A stretch of 64,000 bases of DNA. Origin: an uncultured Actinomycetes bacterium. GTDB lineage: Bacteria > Actinomycetota > Acidimicrobiia > IMCC26256 > BP-133. Of this stretch, positions 36,926 through 45,980 are shown in pieces; positions within the stretch are counted from its first letter, which is position 1, and the number at the start of each line of letters is the position of its first letter. The stretch covers positions 567 to 64,566 of the forward strand of contig CAVRTC010000005.1 of assembly GCA_963723985.1 (NCBI GenBank), written 5' to 3'. The translations under genes were made by a program, and so were the position numbers. The notes beneath the pieces were generated by a model that was not told the DNA's origin, made no database searches, and saw only the letters and a list, made by a program, of their open reading frames with translations.

Positions 36926-37609
36926 CTATCGGTAGATGTTGGCCCGCTCGTCGAGGCCGAGGGGGGCGAGGTCGGCCCGGCCGGTGGCGGCCAGGACGAA
37001 GGCCAGCGGGTCGCCGGTGAAGCGCGAGCCGACGGTGGAACCGTTGCCGGCGTTGGGGTTGACGGCGAACTCGGGGAGCCCGTCGAGGGCGAGGACGGCC
37101 GGGCCCCAGCCCTCGCGGGTGAGGACGTCGGCGATGTGCGACACGCTGGCCTTCATGCCCTCCCCCCGGTCGGACGGGCGGCCGAGGGCGGCCAGGATGT
37201 CGTCGCCGTGGAGCCAGGCGTCGTGCCACAGCGCCTCCACGCCCTCGCCGAGGGTGAAGTCGAACCCGCCCGGCGACGGCAGGGCCCAGACCTCGTCGTT
37301 GAAGGCGCACAGCAGGTCGGCGGTGGCCTTGATCGCCGCTCCGAGCTCGTCGGCCAGGTCGGCCGGCGAGCGGCCGTGGCGCTCGGCCACCTGACGGGCG
37401 GTCACCTCCGGGGTCCCCAACCCCTCGAGCCGGAGGGCGGCCACGTCGGCCATGCCGCCGATGACGTGGGCGGCCACGGAGCCCACCGTCCAGCCGGTGC
37501 AGCGGCTGGGGGTGTCCCATTCCTTCCGGCTGAGCGGCTGGATCAGGCCCTTGAACCGTTCGAGCTCCTCCAGCAGTCCGGTGGTCACCTCGGTGCGGGA
37601 CAGGGCCAT
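36926..37609 (-). CDS. Maleylpyruvate-isomerase-family mycothiol-dependent enzyme (DinB-like)
   Basis: RBS GGAGGAGG, then MALSRTEVTTGLLEELERFKGLIQPLSRKEWDTPSRCTGWTVGSVAAHVIG, typical of the TIGR03083-type N-terminal domain. Confidence 0.7.
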   Translation of the reverse strand: MALSRTEVTTGLLEELERFKGLIQPLSRKEWDTPSRCTGWTVGSVAAHVIGGMADVAALRLEGLGTPEVTARQVAERHGRSPADLADELGAAIKATADLLCAFNDEVWALPSPGGFDFTLGEGVEALWHDAWLHGDDILAALGRPSDRGEGMKASVSHIADVLTREGWGPAVLALDGLPEFAVNPNAGNGSTVGSRFTGDPLAFVLAATGRADLAPLGLDERANIYR

Positions 37610-37675
37610 ACCATCGCCTCCTCCAAAGAGTTCCAACTAACATGCAGGCTGCACGCATCTTTCTTCGGGAGCGGA

Positions 37676-38323
37676 GTGGCTGTCAAGCGGGAACACCCAG
37701 AACCCCAGCGCCGGACCCAGGCCGAGCGGTCGGCCGCCACCCGGGGCGCCCTGGTCAAGGCGGCCCGGGAGCTCTTCGCCCGCGACGGGTACTCGGCCAC
37801 CGGCCGGGAGGCGATCGTCGAGCGGGCCGGCGTGACCCGGGGAGCGCTGTACCACCACTTCGCCGACAAGGAGGCGCTCTTCCGGGCGGTCTTCGAGGAG
37901 ATCGAGGCCGAGGTGATGGCCCAGGCGGCCGAAGCCGCCATGACGGTGGCCCCCGACGACCCGCTCGGTCAGCTCCGGGCCGGCTCCCTGGCCTACCTCG
38001 ACATCGCCCTCGATCCGGCCGTCCAGCGCATCTGCCTCCTCGACGCGCCGTCGGTGCTCTCCCCCGCCGTCCGCCAGGAGGTGCTCGACGCCTACGCCGT
38101 CGGCCTCGTCCGGGAGGTGCTCCAGGCGGCCATGGACACCGGCGCCCTCGCCCCCCAGCCACTCGAGCCCCTCACCCACGTGCTGCTGGCCGCGCTGCAC
38201 GAGGCCGCGCTCTACGTCGCCCGGGCCGACGACCACGCCGCCGCCCGGGCCGAGGTGGGCGCCACCGTCGGGCACCTCCTCGACGGCCTGCGGCCCGCCG
38301 GCCAACCGCCCGGTCGCCCCTAG
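37676..38323 (+). CDS. TetR-family transcriptional regulator
   Basis: RSAATRGALVKAARELFARDGYSATGREAIVERAGVTRGALYHHFADKEALF. Confidence 0.85.
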   Translation: MAVKREHPEPQRRTQAERSAATRGALVKAARELFARDGYSATGREAIVERAGVTRGALYHHFADKEALFRAVFEEIEAEVMAQAAEAAMTVAPDDPLGQLRAGSLAYLDIALDPAVQRICLLDAPSVLSPAVRQEVLDAYAVGLVREVLQAAMDTGALAPQPLEPLTHVLLAALHEAALYVARADDHAAARAEVGATVGHLLDGLRPAGQPPGRP

Positions 38324-38330
38324 CGCCGGC

Positions 38331-38885
38331 TCAGGTCGCCGGCGAAGGCGGAGGTCCGAGGACGGCCATCACGAGCTCGTCGGCCCGGTCAGGGTCGAGG
38401 GGGGTGCGGCCCATCACCCGGCAGTAGATGACGGCGCCGGAAAGAGCCAGGGCAGCCATCTCGGGGTTGGCCACGCCGGCATCGGCCAGGGCGGTGGTGA
38501 GCGCCCGCCGGCGACCCTCGGTGAAGCGACGGTGCAACCGCCGCACGGCGCGATCCCGTTCGGCGGCATCGATCAGAGCCGGAACGATCGCCGAACGCTG
38601 CGGATCGGCCATGGCCTCGGCCAGGTGACGAACGAGGGCCACAACCCGGGGCCGACCGGGCGGCGACTCGTCGGGGGAAGGCTGGGTGGAGTGATGCTCG
38701 AGAGCATCGAGGAGGAGAGCGAGCTTGTCCGGCCAATGGCGGTACACCGTGCTGCGGGCCACACCGGCCCGGGCCGCCACCGACTCAATCGTGAACCCGC
38801 CCCACCCCGCCGCAGCCAGCTCGGCGATCGCCGCGCCGCGAATGACGCGTTGTGAGCGTTCCACCCTTGGATCAGTCTGCAACAT
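38331..38885 (-). CDS. TetR-family transcriptional regulator
   Basis: RSQRVIRGAAIAELAAAGWGGFTIESVAARAGVARSTVYRHWPDKLALL. Confidence 0.85.
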   Translation of the reverse strand: MLQTDPRVERSQRVIRGAAIAELAAAGWGGFTIESVAARAGVARSTVYRHWPDKLALLLDALEHHSTQPSPDESPPGRPRVVALVRHLAEAMADPQRSAIVPALIDAAERDRAVRRLHRRFTEGRRRALTTALADAGVANPEMAALALSGAVIYCRVMGRTPLDPDRADELVMAVLGPPPSPAT

Positions 38886-38917
38886 TAGTGTATCGTAGCA
38901 CTACATCTGTGTTGCAG
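38877..38917. promoter_or_regulatory. Nested palindrome spanning the TetR start codon and the TetR/VOC divergent intergenic region
   Basis: Outer arms ctgcaaca (38877-38884) / tgttgcag (38910-38917). Inner arms tagtg / cacta. The ATG of the 38331..38885 TetR (38883-38885) lies inside the left arm. Confidence 0.4.
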
Positions 38918-38931
38918 AGAGGAGTCTTCTG

Positions 38932-39300
38932 ATGACGACCATCCGGTACATCGCCGACGACGTGCCGACCACGGCCCGCTTCTACGCCGACCACCTCGGA
39001 TTCCGCATCGACCGCCAACCCGCACCAGGTTTTGCCATGCTCTCCCGAGGCGACCTGCGGTTGCTGCTCAATGCCCCCGGCGCCGGCGGCGCAGGACAAG
39101 CGGCCACCGACGGGCGAATCCCCGAACCGGGCGGGTGGTCCCGCTTCCAACTCGAAACCGAAGATCTCGACACCACGGTCGCAACCCTGACCGCCGCCGG
39201 CTGCACCTTCCGGACCGGCATCATCGGGGGCACCGGTGGGCGGCAGGCGCTGATCGAGGACCCGGCCGGCAACGTCGTCGAACTGTTCGAGGCCAGCTGA
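38932..39300 (+). CDS. Glyoxalase/bleomycin-resistance/dioxygenase (VOC) family protein
   Basis: MTTIRYIADDVPTTARFYADHLGFRI...RQALIEDPAGNVVELFE. 122 aa, intact. Confidence 0.75.
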   Translation: MTTIRYIADDVPTTARFYADHLGFRIDRQPAPGFAMLSRGDLRLLLNAPGAGGAGQAATDGRIPEPGGWSRFQLETEDLDTTVATLTAAGCTFRTGIIGGTGGRQALIEDPAGNVVELFEAS

Positions 39301-39312
39301 ACGCGCCGTACC

Positions 39313-40419
39313 TCAGCCAGGCGTCGTCAGGCTCGGCCCGGGCTCGGTCCGCTGGCGGTACTCGCTGAAGAACGCCTTGCCGATGGCCAGGAGCGGGTTG
39401 GCCAGCAGCGCCCCCACGAACCCCCCGGCCGCCGCCCCGGCCAGCACGGCCGTGATGCTGGCCAGCGGCGAGATCCGGATCGTCCGGCCGGTGATGAGCG
39501 GCTGGATGAGGTGGTTTTCCAGTTGCTGGTAGACGAGGAACAGCGCTGCGGCGCTGACGCCCGTGCCGAGGCCGTCGGTCAGCGACAGGACGACGAGGGT
39601 GGCCCCGCCCATGAACCCCCCGATCTGGGGGACGATGTTCCACAGCCCCGACCACACCCCGACCAGGGGCGCCAGCGGCGTCCCGAGGGCCAGGCCGATG
39701 GTGGTGACGGCGGCGGCGTTGACGACGGCGATGAACCCGGTGCCGGCGGCGTACCGGCCGACGACGCGGTAGCCCAGGTCACCGAAGTGGTTCAGCTCGG
39801 CGTGGAACCGCCCCGGCATGAGGTCACGCAGATGCCCGGCCAGCCGGGGCCCGTCGAGCAGCGCGGTGATGGCCACCAGCAGCACCCAGAAAACGGTCAC
39901 CAACCCGTCACCGGTGGACTGCACGACGCCCCGCAGCGCCTTGTCCCGGGTGGCCAGCGTGTCGGGCAGGTTGTCGAGGAAGTCGCGCACCCGGTCGTCG
40001 ATGCCGTTCTCGTCGATGGCCCGACCCACCAGCGGAAGGCTGTCGAGGTCGCTGATGACGGCCGGCACCTGGGCCCCCACCTGGCTGAGCTGGTTGACGG
40101 CCCGGGGCACGGCCAGCACGCCGAACGTCCCGGCGCCGGCCAGGAACCCGCCGACCACCAGCGTGACGGCCGCCGCCCGCCGGATACCGAGCCGGCGCAT
40201 GGCGGCGTCGACGACCGGGTTGAGGGCCAGGGCCAGGAAGATACCCAGCGTCGTCCGGATGAGAACGGCCGGGGTGTCGCTCAGCATCCGGTAGGTGAGC
40301 ACCAGGGTGACGACGACGATCAGGGCGAAGACGACCGAGCGGGGCGCGACGTCGATGACGAGGTGGCGCGCCGCCGGTTCCTCCGGTGCCGGCGGCGGGG
40401 GCGCGGGCAGCTCGGTCAT
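39313..40419 (-). CDS. AI-2E family (PerM/UPF0118) transporter
   Basis: Multi-TM protein with the family-typical C-terminal block LWNIVPQIGGFMGGATLVV..LVYQQLENHLIQPLITGRTIRISPLASITAVLAG. Start MTELPAPPPP at 40419. Confidence 0.75.
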   Translation of the reverse strand: MTELPAPPPPAPEEPAARHLVIDVAPRSVVFALIVVVTLVLTYRMLSDTPAVLIRTTLGIFLALALNPVVDAAMRRLGIRRAAAVTLVVGGFLAGAGTFGVLAVPRAVNQLSQVGAQVPAVISDLDSLPLVGRAIDENGIDDRVRDFLDNLPDTLATRDKALRGVVQSTGDGLVTVFWVLLVAITALLDGPRLAGHLRDLMPGRFHAELNHFGDLGYRVVGRYAAGTGFIAVVNAAAVTTIGLALGTPLAPLVGVWSGLWNIVPQIGGFMGGATLVVLSLTDGLGTGVSAAALFLVYQQLENHLIQPLITGRTIRISPLASITAVLAGAAAGGFVGALLANPLLAIGKAFFSEYRQRTEPGPSLTTPG

Positions 40420-41526
40420 GACGCCGCCTTCGGCGGCGGCCGCGGTGAGGGAAGGGTGAAGATCTCGTCGAGACCGTGGCCGAGCTCGCCGCTGACGTTG
40501 AGCCGTCTGGCCTCGGCCAGCGCGCCGCCGATGGCGGCGGCCAGGAACACGCCGACCATGGCCCCGGTGATCCGCCCCACGTGGAGGCCGGTCATGACCG
40601 ACAGCGTGAGCAGCAGCCCGCTCACGTCGACGCTGTGCCTGGCGATCCAGCGCCGCCGGGCCAGGGCGGCCAGAACCAGCCACAGGACGAGCACCGCCAG
40701 GGCTATCAGGCCCCTGGTCCGGTCTTCGGCCGCCGCCAGGCCGATGACCGGCAGGTAGCCGATCACGAGGCCCAGCACCGGGATGAGCGTCCACAGGCCG
40801 ACCCACAGGCCGAGCACCGAGGGGGCCGGCACCTCCAGCGCCTGGGCGGCCACGCCCGCCACCACACCGGACACGACGGCCAGGGCCAGCGTCCGCAGCG
40901 TGTAGCCCGTCCCGCCCCGGTAGGCGGCCCGGACGATCCGCTCCACCGTCGCCCGGAGGTTCCGATGCCGGATGAGGGCGATGCCGCCCTGGACCGTCTG
41001 CGTCCCCCGGGTGATGGTGAACATCGTGAGGATCGTGACCAGCAGGGCGCCGGTCACCCGGCTGGCGCCCTCGGCCGGGTTGTCGGTGCCGAGCACGATC
41101 CGGGCGGGAAGCTGGCCGAGCCACTCCCGCACCCGGGGTTCGACCTCGGCCTGCTCGATCGAACGGCGGACGGCATGGTCGGGTTCGAGCTCGAGGCGCA
41201 CCTCCTCGATCCGGGCCGGCACCGCCTCCTTGAGCCGGTTGGTCTCGGCGACGAGATCACGGATCTCCACCGCCGTCACGAGGGCAAAGCCGATGAGCAC
41301 GACGCCCACGGTCAGGGGGGCGGCGATGCCCAGCGGCATGTGGCGGGCCAGGCGCTGCGTGAGCGGCCGGAGCAGGCAGGCCAGCACGCCGGCCACCACG
41401 ACCCGCTGCGCCACCTCCGAGGCGGCCTCGGCCACGACCAGGAACACCCAGCGCCACCAGGACGAGCGCCACGACGAGCAGGATCGCCCGGGGCCGGACG
41501 ACGACGACCACCCGCTCGGAGTTCAC
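40416..41526 (-). pseudogene. Second AI-2E family transporter, one frameshift near the N-terminus
   Basis: ORF 40416..41447 (..GLWVGLWTLIPVLGLVIGYLPVIGL..). The N-terminal TM segment MNSERVVVVVRPRAILLVVALVLVALG is in the frame of 41257..41526. 4-nt overlap with the downstream paralog. Confidence 0.65.
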
Positions 41527-41548
41527 CTACGAATCGTAAAGTGCCGCC

Positions 41549-43243
41549 ATGCGCACGTCGTGGCAGCAGGCCGGCGAGTGGCACACGCGCCTCCGGGGCC
41601 GGCAGGTGTTCGGCGACCCCCGCATCAACAAGGGGACGGGCTTCGGTCCCGGGGAACGGGAGGCGCTGGGCCTGACCGGGCTCATGCCCTACAAGGTGTT
41701 CACGCTCGAGCAGCAGGCCGCCCGGTCCTACGCCCAGTACTCGGCCCAGCCCACGGCCCTGGCCAAGAACGTGTTCCTCACCGCCCTCCACGATCGTAAT
41801 GAGGTGCTGTTCTACCGCCTCCTCACCGACCACCTCCGGGAGATGCTGCCGATCGTCTACACGCCGACGATCGGGGAGGCGATCGAGCGCTACAGCCACC
41901 AGTACCGCCGGCCCCGGGGGGTGTACCTGTCGGTCGACGCCCCGGAGCTCATCGAGTCGTCGCTGGCCGCCACCGACCTCGATCCCGGCGAGGTCGACCT
42001 GATCGTGGCCACCGACGCCGAGGCCATCCTCGGCATCGGCGACTGGGGTGTCGGCGGCATCGCCATCGCCGAGGGCAAGCTCGTGGTCTACTGCGCCGCC
42101 GGCGGCATCGACCCCAACCGGGCGATCCCCGTCGTCCTCGACGTCGGCACCAACCGCCAGGCGCTGCTCGACGACCCGCTCTACCTCGGCAACGCCCACC
42201 CCAGGGTCGACCCCACAACCTACGACCGGTTCATCGACGCCTACGTCACCGCCGCCACCAAGCTCTTCCCCGACGCCCTGCTCCACTGGGAGGACTTCGG
42301 CGCCGACAACGCCCACCGCATCCTCGACCGGTACCGCGACCAGGTCCTGACCTTCAACGACGACATCGAGGGGACGGGCGCCGTGAACCTGGCCGCCGTC
42401 CTGTCAGGCGTGGCGGTGTCGGACGTGCCGCTCACCGAGCACCGGGTGGTGATCCACGGCGCCGGCAGCGCCGGCACCGGCATCGCCCGGCAGCTGGTCG
42501 ACGCCATGGTCGACTCCGGCCTGTCGGAGGCCGAGGCCCGGGGCCGCATCTGGGCTCTCGGCCGGCCGGGGCTGCTGACCGACGACATGGCCGTGGCCGA
42601 CTTCCAGCGCCCCTATGTCCGTCCGGCCGGCGAGGTGGTCGGCTGGGACCGCGATGGCGAGGGCCGCATCACCCTCGAAGAGGTCGTCCGCCGGGTGAGG
42701 CCGACGGTCCTCGTCGGCACGTCGACCCAGGCCGGCGCCTTCACCGAGCCGGTCGTTCGGGCCATGGCGGAGGCGTGCCGGCGGCCGATCATCCTGCCCC
42801 TGTCGAACCCCACCCGGCTGGCGGAGGCCACGCCGGGCGATCTCCTGCGCTGGACCGACGGGCGGGCGCTGGTGGCCACCGGCAGCCCCTTCGATCCCGT
42901 CACCCACGACCGGGTGACCTATGTGATCGGCCAGGCCAACAACGCCTTGATCTTCCCCGGCCTGGGCCTGGGGGCCATCGTCGCCCGGGCCAGCCGGATG
43001 ACCGACCGGATGATCTTTGCCGCCGCCGAGGCGGTGGCCGGCCTCGTCGACGCCACCTTCCCCGGTGCCTCCCTGCTCCCCCAGATCAACGACGTGCGGG
43101 AAACGTCGGTGTGCGTGGCCACGGCGGTGGCGCAGGCCGCGGCGGAGGACGGCGTGGCCCGGGCGGCCTTGTCTGCCGACCTCGAAGCGCAGGTGCGCGA
43201 TTCGATGTGGGAGCCCGTCTACCGCCCGGTCCGCCCCGCCTGA
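41549..43243 (+). CDS. NAD(P)-dependent malic enzyme
   Basis: FGDPRINKGTGFGPGEREALGLTGLMP..LHDRNEVLFYRLL..PIVYTPTIGEAIERYSHQYRRPRGVYLS..NNALIFPGLGLG. Intact 564 aa. Confidence 0.9.
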   Translation: MRTSWQQAGEWHTRLRGRQVFGDPRINKGTGFGPGEREALGLTGLMPYKVFTLEQQAARSYAQYSAQPTALAKNVFLTALHDRNEVLFYRLLTDHLREMLPIVYTPTIGEAIERYSHQYRRPRGVYLSVDAPELIESSLAATDLDPGEVDLIVATDAEAILGIGDWGVGGIAIAEGKLVVYCAAGGIDPNRAIPVVLDVGTNRQALLDDPLYLGNAHPRVDPTTYDRFIDAYVTAATKLFPDALLHWEDFGADNAHRILDRYRDQVLTFNDDIEGTGAVNLAAVLSGVAVSDVPLTEHRVVIHGAGSAGTGIARQLVDAMVDSGLSEAEARGRIWALGRPGLLTDDMAVADFQRPYVRPAGEVVGWDRDGEGRITLEEVVRRVRPTVLVGTSTQAGAFTEPVVRAMAEACRRPIILPLSNPTRLAEATPGDLLRWTDGRALVATGSPFDPVTHDRVTYVIGQANNALIFPGLGLGAIVARASRMTDRMIFAAAEAVAGLVDATFPGASLLPQINDVRETSVCVATAVAQAAAEDGVARAALSADLEAQVRDSMWEPVYRPVRPA

Positions 43244-43255
43244 CCCAGCCCAACT

Positions 43256-43297
43256 GGCGTTCGTTTACCGGGATATGGCGGAAAAGGAACGCCGGTT
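43256..43297 (+). repeat. Copy 1 of a 42-bp direct repeat forming a long-stem hairpin
   Basis: ggcgttcgtttaccgggatatggcggaaaaggaacgccggtt. With its flanks it forms a 12-bp stem (43251-43262 / 43287-43298) containing one G-U pair. Confidence 0.8.
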
Positions 43298-43326
43298 GGG
43301 CGCTGCCCCCGACCGGGCGTCAAACC

Positions 43327-43368
43327 GGCGTTCGTTTACCGGGATATGGCGGAAAAGGAACGCCGGTT
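43327..43368 (+). repeat. Copy 2 of the 42-bp direct repeat
   Basis: Identical 42-mer, 71 bp downstream of copy 1. With its flanks it forms a 13-bp perfect stem (caaaccggcgttc / gaacgccggtttg) with a 24-nt loop. Confidence 0.8.
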
Positions 43369-43380
43369 TGGGCGGGGGCG

Positions 43381-44628
43381 TCAGCCTGCTCGGCGGCTGG
43401 CGGCGGCCCGATCGGCCAGGAAGGTGCGTTCGGCGGCGTTGACCGTCAGCGCCAGTGCGGCGTCGTAGGCGTCGGCGGCTTCGCCGTGACGGCCCAGGCG
43501 GGTCAGGAAGTCAGCCCGGGTGGCGTGGAACAGGTGGTAGGCGGCCAGGTCCAGATCGTCGGTCGCCGCCAGGGCGGTGGCCGGACCTTTGACCTCGGCC
43601 AAGGCCACCGCCCGGTTGAGAGCGACGACCGGCGTGGGACTCACGACCAGAAGCTGGTCGTAGAGGGCCAGGATCTGGGCCCAGTCGGTGTCGCCGGCGG
43701 TCGGGGCGTCGCTGTGGACGGCGTTGATGGCCGCCTGGATCTGGTACGGACCGGGCTGGTTGCGCCGCAGGCAGGCCCGTACCAGGGTCTGCCCCTCGGC
43801 GATGAGTTGCCGGTCCCAGACGGTGCGGTCCTGGTCGGGCAGGAGCACCAGCGTTCCGTCGGGAGCGGTCCGGGCCGGTCGGCGGGACTCGGTCAGGAGC
43901 AGCAGGGCCAGCAGGCCGATCGCCTCGGCTTCGTCGGGCATCAGCTGGGCCAGGAGGCGGGCGAGGCGGATGGCCTCGGCGCAGAGATCCTCCCGGACGA
44001 GCTCGTCGCCGGCAGAGGCGACGTAACCCTCGTTGAAAATCAGGTAGATGACCGCCAGGACTGGCTTGAGGCGGTCGGGCAACTCGGCGTCGCCCGGCAC
44101 CCGGTAAGGGATTCTGGCCCCGGCGATCTTCTTCTTGGCCCGGGTGATCCGGGCGGCCATGGTGGTCTCTTGGACGAGGAAGGCCCGGGCGATCTCCGGA
44201 GTCTGGAGCCCGCCGAGCAGGCGCAGGGTCAGAGCGATCTGGGCCTCCGGGGCCAGAGCCGGATGGCAGCAGGTGAAGATCAGGCGGAGGCGGTCGTCGC
44301 TCACGGGTCCCACCGGTTCGCTCGGTTCGTTGTCTGCCTGTGGTTGCGAGGGGGCCAGGTGAAGCTGCCAAGCCTGGGCGTGGCGGTCAGGGCGTGAACT
44401 CTCTCGGCGCAGCCGGTCGATGGCCCGGTTCCGGGCGGTGGTTGTGATCCAGGCCCCCGGGTTCGGGGGCAGGCCGGCGGCCGGCCATTTCTCGAGGGCG
44501 ACGGCGAAGGCGTCCTGGACCGCCTCTTCGGCGATATCGATGCTGCCGAAGAGGCGGACCAGGGTGGCCACACTCCGGCCCGACTCGGCCCGGAAGATCT
44601 CGGCGATGCCGCGCTCGGCGCCCGTCAA
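43381..44628 (-). CDS. ECF sigma factor with long C-terminal TPR-like extension (ECF42-type)
   Basis: Region 2 AVQDAFAVALEKWPAAGLPPNPGAWITTTARNRAIDRLRRE. Region 4 LRLLGGLQTPEIARAFLVQETTMAARITRAKKKI. About 200-aa C-terminal extension. TTG start at 44628. Confidence 0.75.
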   Translation of the reverse strand: MTGAERGIAEIFRAESGRSVATLVRLFGSIDIAEEAVQDAFAVALEKWPAAGLPPNPGAWITTTARNRAIDRLRRESSRPDRHAQAWQLHLAPSQPQADNEPSEPVGPVSDDRLRLIFTCCHPALAPEAQIALTLRLLGGLQTPEIARAFLVQETTMAARITRAKKKIAGARIPYRVPGDAELPDRLKPVLAVIYLIFNEGYVASAGDELVREDLCAEAIRLARLLAQLMPDEAEAIGLLALLLLTESRRPARTAPDGTLVLLPDQDRTVWDRQLIAEGQTLVRACLRRNQPGPYQIQAAINAVHSDAPTAGDTDWAQILALYDQLLVVSPTPVVALNRAVALAEVKGPATALAATDDLDLAAYHLFHATRADFLTRLGRHGEAADAYDAALALTVNAAERTFLADRAAASRRAG

Positions 44629-44636
44629 CGGGCGTC

Positions 44637-44993
44637 CTACGCTTCGGGCTCGTCCTGGAAGGGGCGGACCTCGACCCGACCCTGGCAGGCCCTGCTCGCC
44701 CGGGTGGCGAGGGCCAGCGCCTCGTCGAGGTCGGTGCAGTTGAGGACCCAGAAGCCGCCGATCTGCTCTTTGGCCTCCGGCAGCGGCCCGTCGGTGGTGA
44801 TCACGTCGGCGCCCGAGGCGTCGACCACAGTGGCGATGTCCGCCGGCAGCAGTCCCCCGCCGAAGACCCACTTTCCGGCGGCCATGATCTCCTGGTTGAA
44901 GGCGTCGACGTCCTTGTACATCTGCTCAATGACCTCGGGCGCCGGCAGTTCCTCGCCCTCGATCATGTACACGCTCATCAGGTACTGCGTCAT
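44637..44993 (-). CDS. YCII-related (DGPF) domain protein, usual partner of ECF42 sigma factors
   Basis: MTQYLMSVYMIEGEE...GKWVFGGGLLP..DGPLPEAKEQIGGFWVLNCTDLDEALALA. Confidence 0.75.
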   Translation of the reverse strand: MTQYLMSVYMIEGEELPAPEVIEQMYKDVDAFNQEIMAAGKWVFGGGLLPADIATVVDASGADVITTDGPLPEAKEQIGGFWVLNCTDLDEALALATRASRACQGRVEVRPFQDEPEA

Positions 44994-45042
44994 CGGAGTC
45001 TCCTCTCGTCCCGACCGGCTCCCTGCCGGCCTTTCACCCCAG

Positions 45043-45069
45043 CTACGAACGGCCGCGGATGAAATCGAC
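45043..45069 (-). promoter_or_regulatory. Candidate ECF42-type promoter upstream of the YCII-sigma operon
   Basis: On the minus strand: TGTCGA (45069-45064), 17 nt, CGTA (45046-45043), about 50 nt before the YCII start. It resembles the TGTCGA..CGTC motif as I recall it for ECF42. Confidence 0.3.
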
Positions 45070-45202
45070 AGCCAGCCAGAAGATTCTTCCCACCACCGTC
45101 GCCAACAGTCGCACCCGCACCGGATCGAAGCACGTCTGTGCGAGGGACGACCGAGATCTGACTGTCGCGCTTGACCGCACTATGTGCGGTTAAGCGCATA
45201 CG

Positions 45203-45967
45203 TCAGCGGGGGCGGGCCTGGCGGCGGCGGGCTTCCATGGCGGCGACGGCGGACCAGTGGGCGTCGCCGGTCCAGGTTCGGGCGAAGCTGGCGGTGGCCG
45301 CCGGGGCGAGGTCGGGGCGGGAGGCCGGGCGGGCGGCGTCGGCCGCGGCCTTGATTCCAACGAGGGCTTCCCGGGGGGCTCGTGCGATTCGGTCGAGGAG
45401 GTCGGTCAGGCGGTCGTCGAACTCGGCTCGGGGGACGACCTGTTCGACGAGGCCCCAGGCGGCAGCGGTTGGCGCGTCGATGGGGAGGCCGGTGGTCAGG
45501 AGATAGAGCGCCCGGCCCCGGCCGACGACGGCCTGCAGCCGCTCGATCCCGCCCCAGGCCGGCATGATGCCGAGGTCGACCTGGTTGAAGGCCAGCTTCA
45601 CGTCGTCGGCGGCGAGGCGGAAGTCGCAGGCGATGGCCACCTCGCAGCCGCCGCCGAAGGCGTGCCCGTTGAGAGCGGCCACGACGGGGACGGGCAGCGA
45701 CGCCACCCGGTCGAGCAGGGTCCGCATCGTCAGGGCCATGGTCTGGGCCTCGGCCTCGGTGCGGATGGAGGCCAGCTCCTTCAGGTCGCCGCCGGAGACG
45801 AAGACACGCTCCCCCGCCCCCCGCAGGGCCACGACCCGGGCGTCCGACGCCGTCACCTCGTCGAGGGCCGCGCCGAGCTCGGCCATGGTCGGCCGGCTGA
45901 TGGCGTTCTGCGCCTTCGGCCGGTCGATCACGATCAGGGCGGCCTTCCCGAGCCGCTCCACCCGCAC
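45203..45967 (-). CDS. Enoyl-CoA hydratase/isomerase (crotonase) family protein
   Basis: VFVSGGDLKE, ALNGHAFGGGCEVAIACDFRLA and GIMPAWGG. GTG start at 45967. Confidence 0.8.
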   Translation of the reverse strand: MRVERLGKAALIVIDRPKAQNAISRPTMAELGAALDEVTASDARVVALRGAGERVFVSGGDLKELASIRTEAEAQTMALTMRTLLDRVASLPVPVVAALNGHAFGGGCEVAIACDFRLAADDVKLAFNQVDLGIMPAWGGIERLQAVVGRGRALYLLTTGLPIDAPTAAAWGLVEQVVPRAEFDDRLTDLLDRIARAPREALVGIKAAADAARPASRPDLAPAATASFARTWTGDAHWSAVAAMEARRRQARPR

Positions 45968-45980
45968 GCCGGCCGTGCCC

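Noticed and set aside
43256-43368. Possible CRISPR array or minimal repeat-spacer unit
   Set aside because: There are only two repeat copies. The 42-mer is itself a long hairpin. No further repeats, leader or cas genes are present anywhere in the window.
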